DNA of 64,000 nucleotides from positions 64,001 to 128,000 of the forward strand of contig CAWIIV010000024.1 in NCBI GenBank assembly GCA_963836205.1. Reading direction: 5' to 3'. Source of the stretch: an uncultured Acidimicrobiia bacterium. GTDB lineage: Bacteria; Actinomycetota; Acidimicrobiia; Acidimicrobiales; AC-14. A program made the position numbers and the translations under genes. Shown here one piece after another: positions 28,598 to 38,405 of the stretch. Under the pieces are notes generated by a model. That model saw nothing but the letters and a program-made list of their open reading frames with translations. It had not been told where the DNA came from and ran no database searches. Position 1 is the first letter of the stretch, and the number at the start of each line of letters is the position of its first letter.

Positions 28598-29542
28598 ATG
28601 GGATCTGTGCTTCGCAGGTATCGATCCGGCATCGTGGTCCTCCTCGTCGCTGTCCTCGTCTTCGCCTACACGCAAAAGGCCTTGGCCGCACTCGCGGTGA
28701 GCCCCAGCACCAACCTGCCCGCCTCCGCGAACGTGAACGTCAGCGGCAACGGCTTCGCCGCCAACCAGCCGGGCACGCTGCAGCAGTGCAGGTTCAATGC
28801 CGGCCTCGGGTCCGACGAGTGCAAGGACATCGGCTCCTTCACGACGAACTCGTCCGGGACATTCGGACCGGTACCGGTCACCGTCACCAGCACCTATGTC
28901 TCCTCCGACATCACCAACGTGAACTGCCAGACGGACCCGGGGAATCCGTGCCGCGTCGTCGCGGTCCTCAACAACGTCTTCGGCCAGCAGGAGAGTCCGG
29001 TCTCGTTCGCGGGCGGGGGCACGACGACCTCGTCGACCTCGTCGACCTCCACGTCGACGACCACCTCGTCCACCACGACCTCGTCCACCACGACCTCGTC
29101 CACCACGACCTCGTCCACCACGACCTCGTCCACCACGACCTCGTCCACCACGACCTCGTCCACCACGACCTCGTCCACCACGACCTCGTCCACCACCTCG
29201 ACCACGGTCGGCCCGCCGACGTGTGACGGCCTGGTGGCGACCATCGTCGGCACCCCGGGGAGCGACACGATCGTCGGCACGGCGGGCGACGACGTGATCG
29301 TGGGCCTGGCCGGCAACGACTCGATCCAGGGCCGTGGTGGCAATGACCGGATCTGTGGCGGCGATGGCACCGATCAGATCGACGGCGGCGTCGGCAACGA
29401 TCGCCTCTTCGGAGGTAACGGGAACGACCGGCTGCTCGGTGGGACCGGGAACAACGCCCTGTTCGGCGAGGGCGGTGCGGATCAGTGCTTCGTGACCCCG
29501 ACCTCCACCGCGTCCTGCGAGCAGGTCCTCCCGCAGCCCTGA
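28598..29542 (+). CDS. Secreted protein: neocarzinostatin-apoprotein-like domain + Ser/Thr linker + RTX Ca-binding repeats
   Basis: Signal peptide; 'VSPSTNL...VNVSGNGF...QC...C...C...C...VSF'; GGxGxD nonapeptides. Confidence 0.8.
   Translation: MGSVLRRYRSGIVVLLVAVLVFAYTQKALAALAVSPSTNLPASANVNVSGNGFAANQPGTLQQCRFNAGLGSDECKDIGSFTTNSSGTFGPVPVTVTSTYVSSDITNVNCQTDPGNPCRVVAVLNNVFGQQESPVSFAGGGTTTSSTSSTSTSTTTSSTTTSSTTTSSTTTSSTTTSSTTTSSTTTSSTTTSSTTTSSTTSTTVGPPTCDGLVATIVGTPGSDTIVGTAGDDVIVGLAGNDSIQGRGGNDRICGGDGTDQIDGGVGNDRLFGGNGNDRLLGGTGNNALFGEGGADQCFVTPTSTASCEQVLPQP
29069..29188 (+). repeat. Coding tandem repeat, 8 x 15 nt TCCACCACGACCTCG (STTTS)
   Basis: Eight perfect head-to-tail units with no spacers. 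Confidence 0.92.
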
Positions 29543-29593
29543 CGAAGCCCTGGCCGGGCCTCTCCGGTGCCGGCCCGCCATGCCCCGCGTCGG

Positions 29594-30139
29594 CTACGTG
29601 CGGAGCATTCGGCGGAAGGTGGCCGGCGGGGGAGGCGGGACGGCCGCCCGCTCCTCGTCCGACGTCGCCCGCCGCCGGCGCATCTCCAGCTCCAGGCTCT
29701 CCTGGCCCTTGGCCATGGCCCACTTGTGGTTGGCCGCGAAGGCGGGCTTCAGGACGAAGGCCAGCCGCCGGAGCAGGGGCTTGGTGGCCTCGATCCGCCA
29801 GTCGTAGGTGATGACGACCTCAGGTCCCTCCTGCACGAACGTCCAGATGCCGAGGCCCTTGAGGTCGCCGATGGCCTCGATGGTGAAGCCGGTGTCGGTG
29901 ATGGGCTCGGTGAGCTTCAGGTCCCACGAGAGGGTGTACGGCAGCCAGCCCTTGGTGTGGAGCCGGTTGACGCTGCCGACCCAGTCCGGCGGGCCGCTGC
30001 CGTCGTCGAGGCGGGTGACCTTCAGGTACACCGACGGCCACCACTCGGGCAGGGTGTCGGCGTTGCCGAGCACGTCCTTGACCTCGGCGATCGTCCCCGG
30101 CACCCGCCAGACGGTCACGAAGTGGTAGTCGCTGGCCAC
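29594..30139 (-). CDS. SRPBCC/polyketide cyclase-family protein
   Basis: YHFVTVW...PEWWPSVY...KGWLPYTL...GDLKG.G.W...ANHKWAM. Confidence 0.85.
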   Translation of the reverse strand: MASDYHFVTVWRVPGTIAEVKDVLGNADTLPEWWPSVYLKVTRLDDGSGPPDWVGSVNRLHTKGWLPYTLSWDLKLTEPITDTGFTIEAIGDLKGLGIWTFVQEGPEVVITYDWRIEATKPLLRRLAFVLKPAFAANHKWAMAKGQESLELEMRRRRATSDEERAAVPPPPPATFRRMLRT

Positions 30140-30194
30140 GCCTGCCTCCCAAACGCCGACGTCATTGTCCCTGGCAGTCTCTACCCTGGATCGA

Positions 30195-33100
30195 ATGGCT
30201 GCGCTCGACCGATTCTCGCCCGTGGCGCGGGCCTGGTTCGAGTCCGCCTTCGAGGCGCCCACCGACGCCCAGGCCCAGGGCTGGGAGGCCATCAGCCGGG
30301 GCGACCACACGCTCATCCTCGCCCCCACCGGCTCCGGCAAGACCCTGGCCGCCTTCCTGTGGGCGCTCGACCGGCTGGCGAGCGAGCCGCCGGTGGCCGA
30401 CGAGAAGCGCCGCCTCCGGGTCCTCTACGTCTCCCCCCTGAAGGCGCTCACCTACGACGTCGAGCGCAACCTGCGGGCGCCCCTCGCGGGCATGGCCATG
30501 GAGGCGGGTCGGCGGGGGATGCCGGCGCCCGACGTGAGGGTGGGCATCCGCACCGGCGACACGTCGCAGTCCGACCGGCGCGACATCGTCCGCCACCCGC
30601 CCGACGTGCTGGTCACCACGCCCGAGTCGCTCTACCTCATGCTCACGTCGGGGGCGCGCGAGGTGTTGCGGTCGGTCGAGTACGCGATCGTCGACGAGAT
30701 CCACTCGGTGGCGGCCACCAAGCGGGGGGCCCACCTGGCCCTGTCGTTGGAACGGCTGGAGCGCTTGACGGATCGGCCGCCGCAACGGATCGGGCTGTCG
30801 GCCACCCAACGGCCGTTGGACGAGGTGGCCCGGTTCCTGGGCGGTCGGCACCGCGATCCGGAGAGCGGCGAGTGGGCGGCCCGGCCGGTGAGCGTGGTCG
30901 ACGCCGGGGTGCGCAAGCAGCTGGTGTTGGAGGTGATCGTCCCCGTCGACGACATGGGCGAGCTGGGCAAGGTCATCCCCGACGTCCTGTCGGGGCCGGC
31001 CGCGGGCGATCCCGAGGTCCGCCACTCGATCTGGCCGGCCATGCACCCCGTCCTCCTCGACCTCATCCGCTCGCACACCTCCACCCTGATCTTCGTCAAC
31101 TCCCGCCGCCTGGCCGAGCGGCTGGCGGCCCGGTTGAACGACCTCGCGGGCGAGGAGCTGGTGCGGGCCCACCACGGGTCGATCGCCCGGGAGCAGCGCC
31201 TCGACATCGAGGACCAGCTGAAGGCGGGCAAGCTGCCGGCGCTGGTGGCCACGTCGAGCCTGGAGCTGGGTATCGACATGGGCGCCATCGACTTGGTCAT
31301 CCAGGTGGAGGCGCCGCCCTCGGTGGCCAGCGGGTTACAGCGCATCGGACGGGCCGGGCATCAGGTGGGCCAGCCGTCGGAGGGCAAGATCTTCCCCAAG
31401 TTCCGGGGCGACCTGGTGGTGGCGGCGGTGACCGCGGGGCGGATGGAGCGGGGGCTGATCGAGGAGACCAAGGTCCCCCGCAACCCGCTCGACGTGCTCG
31501 CTCAGCAGATCGTGGCCATGTGCGCGGTCGACGACGTGACGGTCGACGAGGTGGCCGACATGGCCGCCGGCGCCTACCCGTTCAGTGATCTTTCGAGGCC
31601 GCTGCTGGAGAACGTGCTCGACATGCTGGCCGGGCGCTACCCGTCCGACGCCTTCGCCGAGCTCCGACCCCGGATCGTGTGGGACCGGGTGGAGGGTCGG
31701 CTGCGGGCCCGGCCGGGGGCCCGGATGCTGTCGGTGGTGAGCGGGGGGACGATCCCCGACCGGGGCCTGTACGGCGTCTTCACCCCCGAGGGGTCGAGGG
31801 TGGGCGAGCTCGACGAGGAGTTCGTCTACGAGAGCCGGCCGGGGGAGACGATGGTGCTGGGCGCCTCCACGTGGCGCATCGAGGACATCACCCGCGACCG
31901 GGTGGTGGTTACGCCCGCCCCGGGCGAGCCGGGGAAGATGCCGTTCTGGCACGGCGACAACGTCGGCCGGCCGGTCGAGCTGGGCCGGGCCATCGGGGCG
32001 TTCCTGCGGGAGGTCGACGGCTGGCCCGACTCGCGGCTCACCGACGAGTGCTCGTTGGACGGGCTGGCGGTGAAGAACCTGCGGGCCTACCTGGACGAGG
32101 AGCGGTCGGTGACGGGGGGCGTGCTGCCCACCGACCGCCAGATCGTGGTCGAGCGCTTCCGCGACGAGCTGGGCGACTGGCGGGTGTGCCTGCTCTCCCC
32201 GTTCGGCGGACGGGTGCACGCCCCGTGGGCGCTGGCCATCGAGGCCCGGGTGCGCGACCGGCTGGGGCTCGAGGTGCAGACGATGTGGAGCGACGACGGC
32301 ATCGTCGTCCGCCTGCCCGAGGCCGACGAGGCCCCGCCCCTCGACATGGTGGTCGTCGACCCCGACGAGGTTGAGGAGCTGGTGGTGGGCGAGCTGGCCA
32401 ACTCGGCCCTGTTCGCCTCCCGGTTCCGGGAGAACGCGGCCCGGGCGCTGCTGCTGCCCCGTCGTCGCCCGGGCCAACGCACGCCGCTGTGGCAGATGCG
32501 GCAGCGGTCGGCCGACCTGCTGGCGGTGGCGTCGAAGCATGGCGAGTTCCCGATCTTGTTGGAGACCTACCGAGAGTGCCTGCGCGACGTCTTCGACCTG
32601 CCCGCGCTGACGGAGATCCTGGCCGGGATCCGGTCGCGAACGGTGCGGTTGGTGTCGGTGGAGACGGCCGCCCCGTCGCCCTTCGCCGCTTCGCTGGCCT
32701 TCGCCTACGTGGCCAACTTCCTGTACGACGGGGATTCGCCCCTGGCCGAGCGCCGGGCCCAGGCCCTGACGCTCGACCGGGAGATGCTCGCCGACCTCCT
32801 GGGTGCGGAGGAGCTGCGGGAGCTGGTCGACCCGGGGGCGCTGGCCTCGTTGGAGGACCAGCTCCAGTGCCTCGACGATCGTTACTGGGCCCGTTCGGCC
32901 GACGAGGCCTCCGACCTGCTACGGCGGCTGGGCGACCTCACCCGGGAGGAGCTGCGAGCCCGGTCGACGGCCGACTTCGCCGATTCGTTGCTGCGCGACC
33001 GGCGGGCGGTGGAGCTGAAGATCGGCGGGGAGCTGCGCTTGATCGCGGCGGAAGACGCCGGCCGCTACCGCGACGCGTTGGGCGCCCAGCCGCCTCCGGG

Positions 33101-34574
33101 CCTGCCCGACGCCTTCCTCCTGCCCGTCGACGACCCTCTGGGCTCGTTGCTCGGCCGGTGGGCCCGCACCCACGGGCCCTTCCTCACGGCCGAGCCGGCG
33201 GCCCGGTTCGCCCTGCCGGTGGGCGTGGTGGAGGGGCTGCTGGCGGCCCGGGCCGACCGGGGTGTGCTGCTGCGGGGCGAGTTCCGGCCCGAGGGGCGGG
33301 AGCGGGAGTGGTGCGACCCCGAGGTGCTGCGGTCGCTGCGGCAACGGTCGCTGGCCGCGTTGCGCAAGGAGGTCGAGCCGGTCGAGGCGCCGGTGCTGGC
33401 CCGCTTCCTCCCCGAGTGGCAGGGCGTGGGCTCCGACGCCCGGGGCGTCGACCGGCTGGTCGAGGTCGCCCGCCAGCTCCAGGGGGTTTCGATCCCCGCG
33501 TCAGTCCTCGAGCGCGACGTGTTGTCGGCCCGGGTGTCCGACTGGTCCCCCCGGTTGCTCGACGAGCTGGCCGCCGCGGGCGAGGTGGCGTGGGTCGGCG
33601 CGGGGCCCTTGGGACGCGACGACGGCAAGGTCCTGCTCTTCCTCCGGGGCCAGGCGGCGGCCCTGCGACCGGTCGGGGGCGGCGGCGGGGGCGACCGCCC
33701 GTCCGACCCCGAGCACGACCGCATCCGGGAGTTCCTCGCCCGGCGGGGGGCGTGCTTCTTCCGGGAGCTGGCCGGCGCCGACGACAAGGCGTCACTCACC
33801 GCCCTCTGGGATCTGGTGTGGGCGGGCGAGGTCACCAACGACTCCTTCGCCGCCCTCCGGGCGTTCGTGTCGGGCACCGCCCGGCGGACGGGCAGCGCCA
33901 ACAAGCGTCCCCGTCCCGGCTCGTTGACCGTGCTCGGCCCCCCCAAGGCCCAGGGCCGGTGGGCGCTGGTGGAGGCCGAGCTGCCCCTGGGCGACGTCAC
34001 CCCCACCGAGCGGTCGTACGCGCTGTCGGCCGCGCTGCTCGACCGCCACGGCGTGCTCACCCGGGAGGCGGTGCGGGGCGAGGGCCACGGCGGCGGGTTC
34101 GCGGCCGTGTACCCGGTGCTGCGGACGATGGAAGAGTCGGGCCGGGCCCGGCGGGGCTACTTCGTGGCCGGCCTGGGCGGAGCCCAGTTCGCCCTGCCGG
34201 GTGCGGTCGACCGGCTGCGCGCCCGCCGGGAGGCCACCGGCGAGGTGCTCGTGCTGGCCGCCACCGACCCCGCCAACGCCTACGGGGTGTCCCTGCCGTG
34301 GCCGGTGCCCGGCCCCCGGCGGGTGGCGGGCGCCTACGTGGTGTTGGTCGACGGGCTGGCCTCGCTCTACGTGGAGAAGGGCGCCAAGTCCCTGGTGGCC
34401 CTCCGCCCCTTCGACGACACGTGGGAGGAGCTCGCCGTGGGCGCCCTCGACGGCCTGGTGGCCAGCGGCCGCGTCCGCCGCCTCGCCGTCGAGCGCTTCG
34501 ACGACGCCCTGGCGCCGGTGCTGCGCGCCGCCGGCTTCGTCCCGTCCCCACGGGGCCTGGTCCGCTATGCCTGA
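30195..34574 (+). CDS. lhr: Lhr-family ATP-dependent DEAD/H helicase
   Basis: APTGSGKT, DEIH, LSATQ, SSLELGID and QRIGRAGH motifs; C-terminal RRGYFV.GLGGAQF domain. Confidence 0.96.
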   Translation: MAALDRFSPVARAWFESAFEAPTDAQAQGWEAISRGDHTLILAPTGSGKTLAAFLWALDRLASEPPVADEKRRLRVLYVSPLKALTYDVERNLRAPLAGMAMEAGRRGMPAPDVRVGIRTGDTSQSDRRDIVRHPPDVLVTTPESLYLMLTSGAREVLRSVEYAIVDEIHSVAATKRGAHLALSLERLERLTDRPPQRIGLSATQRPLDEVARFLGGRHRDPESGEWAARPVSVVDAGVRKQLVLEVIVPVDDMGELGKVIPDVLSGPAAGDPEVRHSIWPAMHPVLLDLIRSHTSTLIFVNSRRLAERLAARLNDLAGEELVRAHHGSIAREQRLDIEDQLKAGKLPALVATSSLELGIDMGAIDLVIQVEAPPSVASGLQRIGRAGHQVGQPSEGKIFPKFRGDLVVAAVTAGRMERGLIEETKVPRNPLDVLAQQIVAMCAVDDVTVDEVADMAAGAYPFSDLSRPLLENVLDMLAGRYPSDAFAELRPRIVWDRVEGRLRARPGARMLSVVSGGTIPDRGLYGVFTPEGSRVGELDEEFVYESRPGETMVLGASTWRIEDITRDRVVVTPAPGEPGKMPFWHGDNVGRPVELGRAIGAFLREVDGWPDSRLTDECSLDGLAVKNLRAYLDEERSVTGGVLPTDRQIVVERFRDELGDWRVCLLSPFGGRVHAPWALAIEARVRDRLGLEVQTMWSDDGIVVRLPEADEAPPLDMVVVDPDEVEELVVGELANSALFASRFRENAARALLLPRRRPGQRTPLWQMRQRSADLLAVASKHGEFPILLETYRECLRDVFDLPALTEILAGIRSRTVRLVSVETAAPSPFAASLAFAYVANFLYDGDSPLAERRAQALTLDREMLADLLGAEELRELVDPGALASLEDQLQCLDDRYWARSADEASDLLRRLGDLTREELRARSTADFADSLLRDRRAVELKIGGELRLIAAEDAGRYRDALGAQPPPGLPDAFLLPVDDPLGSLLGRWARTHGPFLTAEPAARFALPVGVVEGLLAARADRGVLLRGEFRPEGREREWCDPEVLRSLRQRSLAALRKEVEPVEAPVLARFLPEWQGVGSDARGVDRLVEVARQLQGVSIPASVLERDVLSARVSDWSPRLLDELAAAGEVAWVGAGPLGRDDGKVLLFLRGQAAALRPVGGGGGGDRPSDPEHDRIREFLARRGACFFRELAGADDKASLTALWDLVWAGEVTNDSFAALRAFVSGTARRTGSANKRPRPGSLTVLGPPKAQGRWALVEAELPLGDVTPTERSYALSAALLDRHGVLTREAVRGEGHGGGFAAVYPVLRTMEESGRARRGYFVAGLGGAQFALPGAVDRLRARREATGEVLVLAATDPANAYGVSLPWPVPGPRRVAGAYVVLVDGLASLYVEKGAKSLVALRPFDDTWEELAVGALDGLVASGRVRRLAVERFDDALAPVLRAAGFVPSPRGLVRYA

Positions 34575-34697
34575 CCCTCGAACCGGTGACGCGCGAGGTC
34601 GTCTGGCGACCCTTACCGTCACCGGTTGGAGGGAGCGGCGAACTGGTGACGCGCGAGGTCGTCTGGCGACCCTTACCGTCACCGGTTGGAGGGAGCG
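34575..34697. repeat. Tandem doublet of a 60-bp palindromic REP-like unit, flanked by the direct repeat TGCCTGA
   Basis: Units from 34579 and 34639 are nearly identical; arms AACCGGTGACG/CGTCACCGGTT; TGCCTGA at 34568-34574 and 34698-34704. Confidence 0.88.
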
Positions 34698-35602
34698 TGC
34701 CTGAGGGCGACACCCTCGCCCGGACGTCGGCCACCCTCCACCGGTGGTTGGCCGGGCGGGAGATCACCGCCGCCACCACCCGGGTGGAGGGCTTCCCGGC
34801 CGACCGGCTCGTCGGACGCCGGATCGATGCCGTCGACGCCTGGGGCAAGAACCTCATGATCCGCCTCGACGGCGGCCAGATCCTGCATACGCACATGCGC
34901 ATGACCGGGTCGTGGCACGTCTACCCGGCGGGGCAGCCGTGGCGGCGGCCCGAGCGCCAGGCGCGGCTCGTCCTCACGTGCGGCGACCGGGTGGCGGTGT
35001 GCTTCAACGCACCCGTCGTCAAGCTCCTCCAGCCCGGCGCAGAGACCCGCCACCCGGCGCTCGGGAATCTCGGCCCCGACGTCCTGGTCGAGCCCCTCGA
35101 CGTGGCCGACGTCCTCCGCCGCGCTCGGGCCGGCCCGCCCGATCGTCCCCTGGGCGAGCTCCTCCTCGACCAACGGGTGGTGGCCGGGATCGGCAACATC
35201 TGGCGGTGCGAGGCCCTCTTCGTCGAGGCCCACAACCCGTGGATGCCGGTCTCGGCCATCACCGACGGGCAGCTCACGGCCCTGGTGACCACCGCCGGCC
35301 GGCTCATGCGAGCCAGCGTCACGTCCCGCACCGGCGTCCCCGAGGTCCGCAATGTCTACCGCCGGGCGGGCCAGCCGTGCCACCGCTGTCGAACCCCGGT
35401 GAAGTCCCGTCGCCAGGGCGAGCAGGCCCGCACCGCCTACTGGTGCCCCACCTGCCAGCCCGCGCCGGCCCCCGCCGGACCGCCCGCCCCCGCCGGACCG
35501 CCCGCCCCCGCCCCCGCACCGGCAACATCGGCCGCACCGGCCCCCGCCGGCCGGCCGGCTCCCGCACCGGCCGGCCCCGCACCACCGGCCGTTGCCACTT
35601 GA
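34697..35602 (+). CDS. nei: Fpg/Nei-family DNA glycosylase (Nei2-like)
   Basis: N-terminal (M)PEGD, HMRMTGSW, LLDQRVVAGIGNIW, zinc finger CHRC...CPTCQ; Pro/Ala tail. Confidence 0.93.
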   Translation: MPEGDTLARTSATLHRWLAGREITAATTRVEGFPADRLVGRRIDAVDAWGKNLMIRLDGGQILHTHMRMTGSWHVYPAGQPWRRPERQARLVLTCGDRVAVCFNAPVVKLLQPGAETRHPALGNLGPDVLVEPLDVADVLRRARAGPPDRPLGELLLDQRVVAGIGNIWRCEALFVEAHNPWMPVSAITDGQLTALVTTAGRLMRASVTSRTGVPEVRNVYRRAGQPCHRCRTPVKSRRQGEQARTAYWCPTCQPAPAPAGPPAPAGPPAPAPAPATSAAPAPAGRPAPAPAGPAPPAVAT

Positions 35603-36864
35603 GGCAACCCCGGCGCCGGCTCCTGGCCGACATCTCGCCGCTCAAGGAATCCCGCGACTTCCGGCTGCTCTTCATCGGCAACGCCGTCTCCTACCTCGGC
35701 CGGCAGCTGACGGTGGTGGCGATCCCGTTCCAGGTCTACCTGCTCACCAACTCGTCCTTGGCCGTCGGACTCACCGGGCTGGCCTCCCTCGGACCCCTTG
35801 TCGTCATGTCCCTCGTCGGTGGGGCCATGGCCGACGCCTTCGACCGGCGCAAGCTGCTCCTCCTCAACGTGGTGGCTCAGGCTGCCACCAGCGTGGCGCT
35901 CGCCGTCAACGCGTCCCTCGACCACCCCGCCCTGTGGCCGCTCTACGTCCTGGGGGCACTCAACGCCGGCCTGTGGGGGATCGACCTGCCCACCCGCAAC
36001 GCCATGATCCCGGGGATGGTGTCCCGCCAGCAGTTCCCGGCCGCGGCCGCCCTCGGCCAGCTCGTCTTCCAGCTGGGCCAGGTGGCGGGACCGGCCCTCG
36101 CCGGCATCGTGATCTCCCAGGTCGACCTGGCCGCCGCCTACTGGCTCGACGCCGTCAGCTACGGCGCCGCCTTCGTCGCCCTGATCCTCATCCAGCCCCA
36201 GCCCCCGGCCGGCGGGGGGACCAAGGCCGGCCTGGCCTCGGTGAAGGAGGGACTGGCGTTCCTCAAGGGCCGCCGCCTGCTGCTCAGCACCTTCCTCATC
36301 GACATCAACGCCATGGTCTTCGGCATGCCCCGGGCCCTCTTCCCCGCCCTCGGCACCGGCCTCTTCGGCGGCGGGGCGACCACCGTCGGCCTCCTTTACG
36401 CCGCCCCCGGGGCGGGCGCCCTCCTCGGCGCCCTCTTCACCGGCTGGGTCGGCGGCGTCCGCCGCCAGGGCCGAGTCGTCGTCGTCTCGGTGCTGTTGTG
36501 GGGCGCCGCCATCGCCGCCTTCGGCCTCGTCCCGTGGCTGCCGCTCGGCCTCGTCCTGCTCGCCGTCGCGGGCGCGGCCGACGTGGTCAGCGCCGTCTTC
36601 CGCAACACCATCCTTCAGATGAGCGTCCCCGACGGCCTCCGGGGACGCCTCAACTCCGTCCACATCGCGGTGGTCACCGGCGGCCCCGCCCTGGGCGACG
36701 CCGAGGCGGGAGCGGCCGCCGCGCTGACCACCCCCCGGATATCGGTAGTCTCCGGGGGTCTGGCATGCATGCTCGGCGTGCTGCTGCTGGTGAGATGGGT
36801 GCCGGAATTGTCCCGGTACGATGCGGCCGTGGAGGGGAGCCCAGTGGGTGACGCGGATGGCTGA
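35599..36864 (+). CDS. MFS transporter (EntS-like)
   Basis: About 12 TM helices; ADAFDRRKLL, FGMPRALFP and LRGRL motifs; TTG overlaps the nei stop. Confidence 0.9.
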   Translation: MRQPRRRLLADISPLKESRDFRLLFIGNAVSYLGRQLTVVAIPFQVYLLTNSSLAVGLTGLASLGPLVVMSLVGGAMADAFDRRKLLLLNVVAQAATSVALAVNASLDHPALWPLYVLGALNAGLWGIDLPTRNAMIPGMVSRQQFPAAAALGQLVFQLGQVAGPALAGIVISQVDLAAAYWLDAVSYGAAFVALILIQPQPPAGGGTKAGLASVKEGLAFLKGRRLLLSTFLIDINAMVFGMPRALFPALGTGLFGGGATTVGLLYAAPGAGALLGALFTGWVGGVRRQGRVVVVSVLLWGAAIAAFGLVPWLPLGLVLLAVAGAADVVSAVFRNTILQMSVPDGLRGRLNSVHIAVVTGGPALGDAEAGAAAALTTPRISVVSGGLACMLGVLLLVRWVPELSRYDAAVEGSPVGDADG

Positions 36865-38404
36865 GAAGACGCGCGTGCGGTCGGTGGCCGACCTCATGAC
36901 GAAGGACGTCCTGACGGTGGCGGCGTCGGACACCGTGGCCAGCGCGTGCGGGCGCATGCTCGAACGGGGCGTGGGCTCGGTGATCGTGGTCGACGGAAAC
37001 CGGGCGGTCGGAATCCTCACCGAACGCGACCTGGTGCGGGTGGCGGGCGCGGGGGCGGAGCCGGCCAGTGCCCTGGTGTCGGAGTGGATGACGCCCGACC
37101 CCGACACGGTGAAGGCCACCGACGACATCGACGACGCCTTCAAGAGCCTCAAGGCCCACGGCTACCGCCACTTCCCGGTGGTCGACGGCGACCTCCTGGT
37201 CGGCATCGTGTCCATGCGCGACATGCTCAAGCTGGCGCCGATTCTCCCCGTCCAGCACCCGGGGGCCATCGAGGCCAAGCGGGGCCTGGAGGGCATCGTG
37301 GTGGCGGAGACGTCGGTGGGCGACGTCCGGGGGATGGAGGGCTTCTACCACTACCGCCAGTACAACGCGGTGGAGCTGGCCGAGAAGCGCAGCCTGGAAG
37401 ACGTCTGGCACCTCCTCTACGAGGGACACCTGCCCTCCCACGACGAGCGGGAGGCGTTCGCCGACGAGATCCGCTCGCTGCGAGCCATCCCCGACGCGGT
37501 CAAGGACATGCTCCCCATCATCGCCAACGCGGGCGAGCACTTCACCCCCCTCGACGCCCTCCGCACCGCCTACTCCGCCCTCGCCTACGCGGCCGACTTC
37601 AAGTCGTGGATGGACATCGACGCCGCCACCCTGCGGGCCAACGCCATGCAGACGAGCGCGGTCATGCCCACGCTCATCATGGCCCTCTACCGCCTCAACC
37701 AGGGCCTCGACCCGATCGACCCCCACCCCGACCTGGCCTACGCGGCCAACTACCTCTACATGCTCACCGGCGAGGTCCCCGACCCCGGCTACGCCCGGGC
37801 CATCGAGCAGTACCTCATCTCCACCACCGACCACGGCTTCAACTCGTCGACGTTCACCGCCCGGGTGATCACGTCCACCGGTGCCGACCTGGGCTCGGCG
37901 GTGGTGGGTGCCATCGGCGCCCTGTCGGGGCCGTTGCACGGTGGCGCCCCCAGCCGGGCCCTCGACATGCTCGACGCCATCGGCACCCCCGACAAGACCG
38001 ACGCCTGGGTGCGCGACGCCATCACCCGAGGCGAGCGCATCATGGGCTTCGGGCACCGCATCTACAAGACCGACGACCCCCGCTCGCTCATGCTCCGGGG
38101 CGTGGCCGAGCGCCTGGGCGGGCCGATGGTCGACTTCGCCAAGCAGGTGGAGACGACGGTGGTCGAGGTGCTGGCCGAGCTCAAGCCGGGGCGCGCCCTC
38201 TACGCCAACGTCGAGTTCTACGCGGGCGTGGTGATGGACAAGGTGGGCCTGCCCCGCAGCCTGTTCACGCCCACGTTCACGTCGAGCCGGGTGATCGGCT
38301 GGACGGCCCACGTGCTCGAGCAGGCGGCCGACAACCGCCTCATCCGACCCTCGGCCCACTACGAGGGCCCGCCGCCGCCCGAGCCGGTGCCCGACGCCGA
38401 CTGA
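36857..38404 (+). CDS. CBS-pair / citrate synthase (or methylcitrate synthase) fusion
   Basis: N-terminal CBS pair (GILTERD, GIVSMRD), then GLEG, DHGFNSSTF, GPLHGGA, MGFGHRIYK, ANVEFY. Confidence 0.92.
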   Translation: MAEKTRVRSVADLMTKDVLTVAASDTVASACGRMLERGVGSVIVVDGNRAVGILTERDLVRVAGAGAEPASALVSEWMTPDPDTVKATDDIDDAFKSLKAHGYRHFPVVDGDLLVGIVSMRDMLKLAPILPVQHPGAIEAKRGLEGIVVAETSVGDVRGMEGFYHYRQYNAVELAEKRSLEDVWHLLYEGHLPSHDEREAFADEIRSLRAIPDAVKDMLPIIANAGEHFTPLDALRTAYSALAYAADFKSWMDIDAATLRANAMQTSAVMPTLIMALYRLNQGLDPIDPHPDLAYAANYLYMLTGEVPDPGYARAIEQYLISTTDHGFNSSTFTARVITSTGADLGSAVVGAIGALSGPLHGGAPSRALDMLDAIGTPDKTDAWVRDAITRGERIMGFGHRIYKTDDPRSLMLRGVAERLGGPMVDFAKQVETTVVEVLAELKPGRALYANVEFYAGVVMDKVGLPRSLFTPTFTSSRVIGWTAHVLEQAADNRLIRPSAHYEGPPPPEPVPDAD

Positions 38405-38405
38405 C

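Noticed and set aside
29069-29188. 15-nt repeat arrays (also 15527-15631) as CRISPR or non-coding arrays
   Set aside because: Spacer-less, in-frame coding repeats for low-complexity linkers.
34579-34698. Repeated palindromic units as a mini CRISPR array
   Set aside because: Only two 60-bp units with the same internal sequence, no unique spacers and no cas genes.
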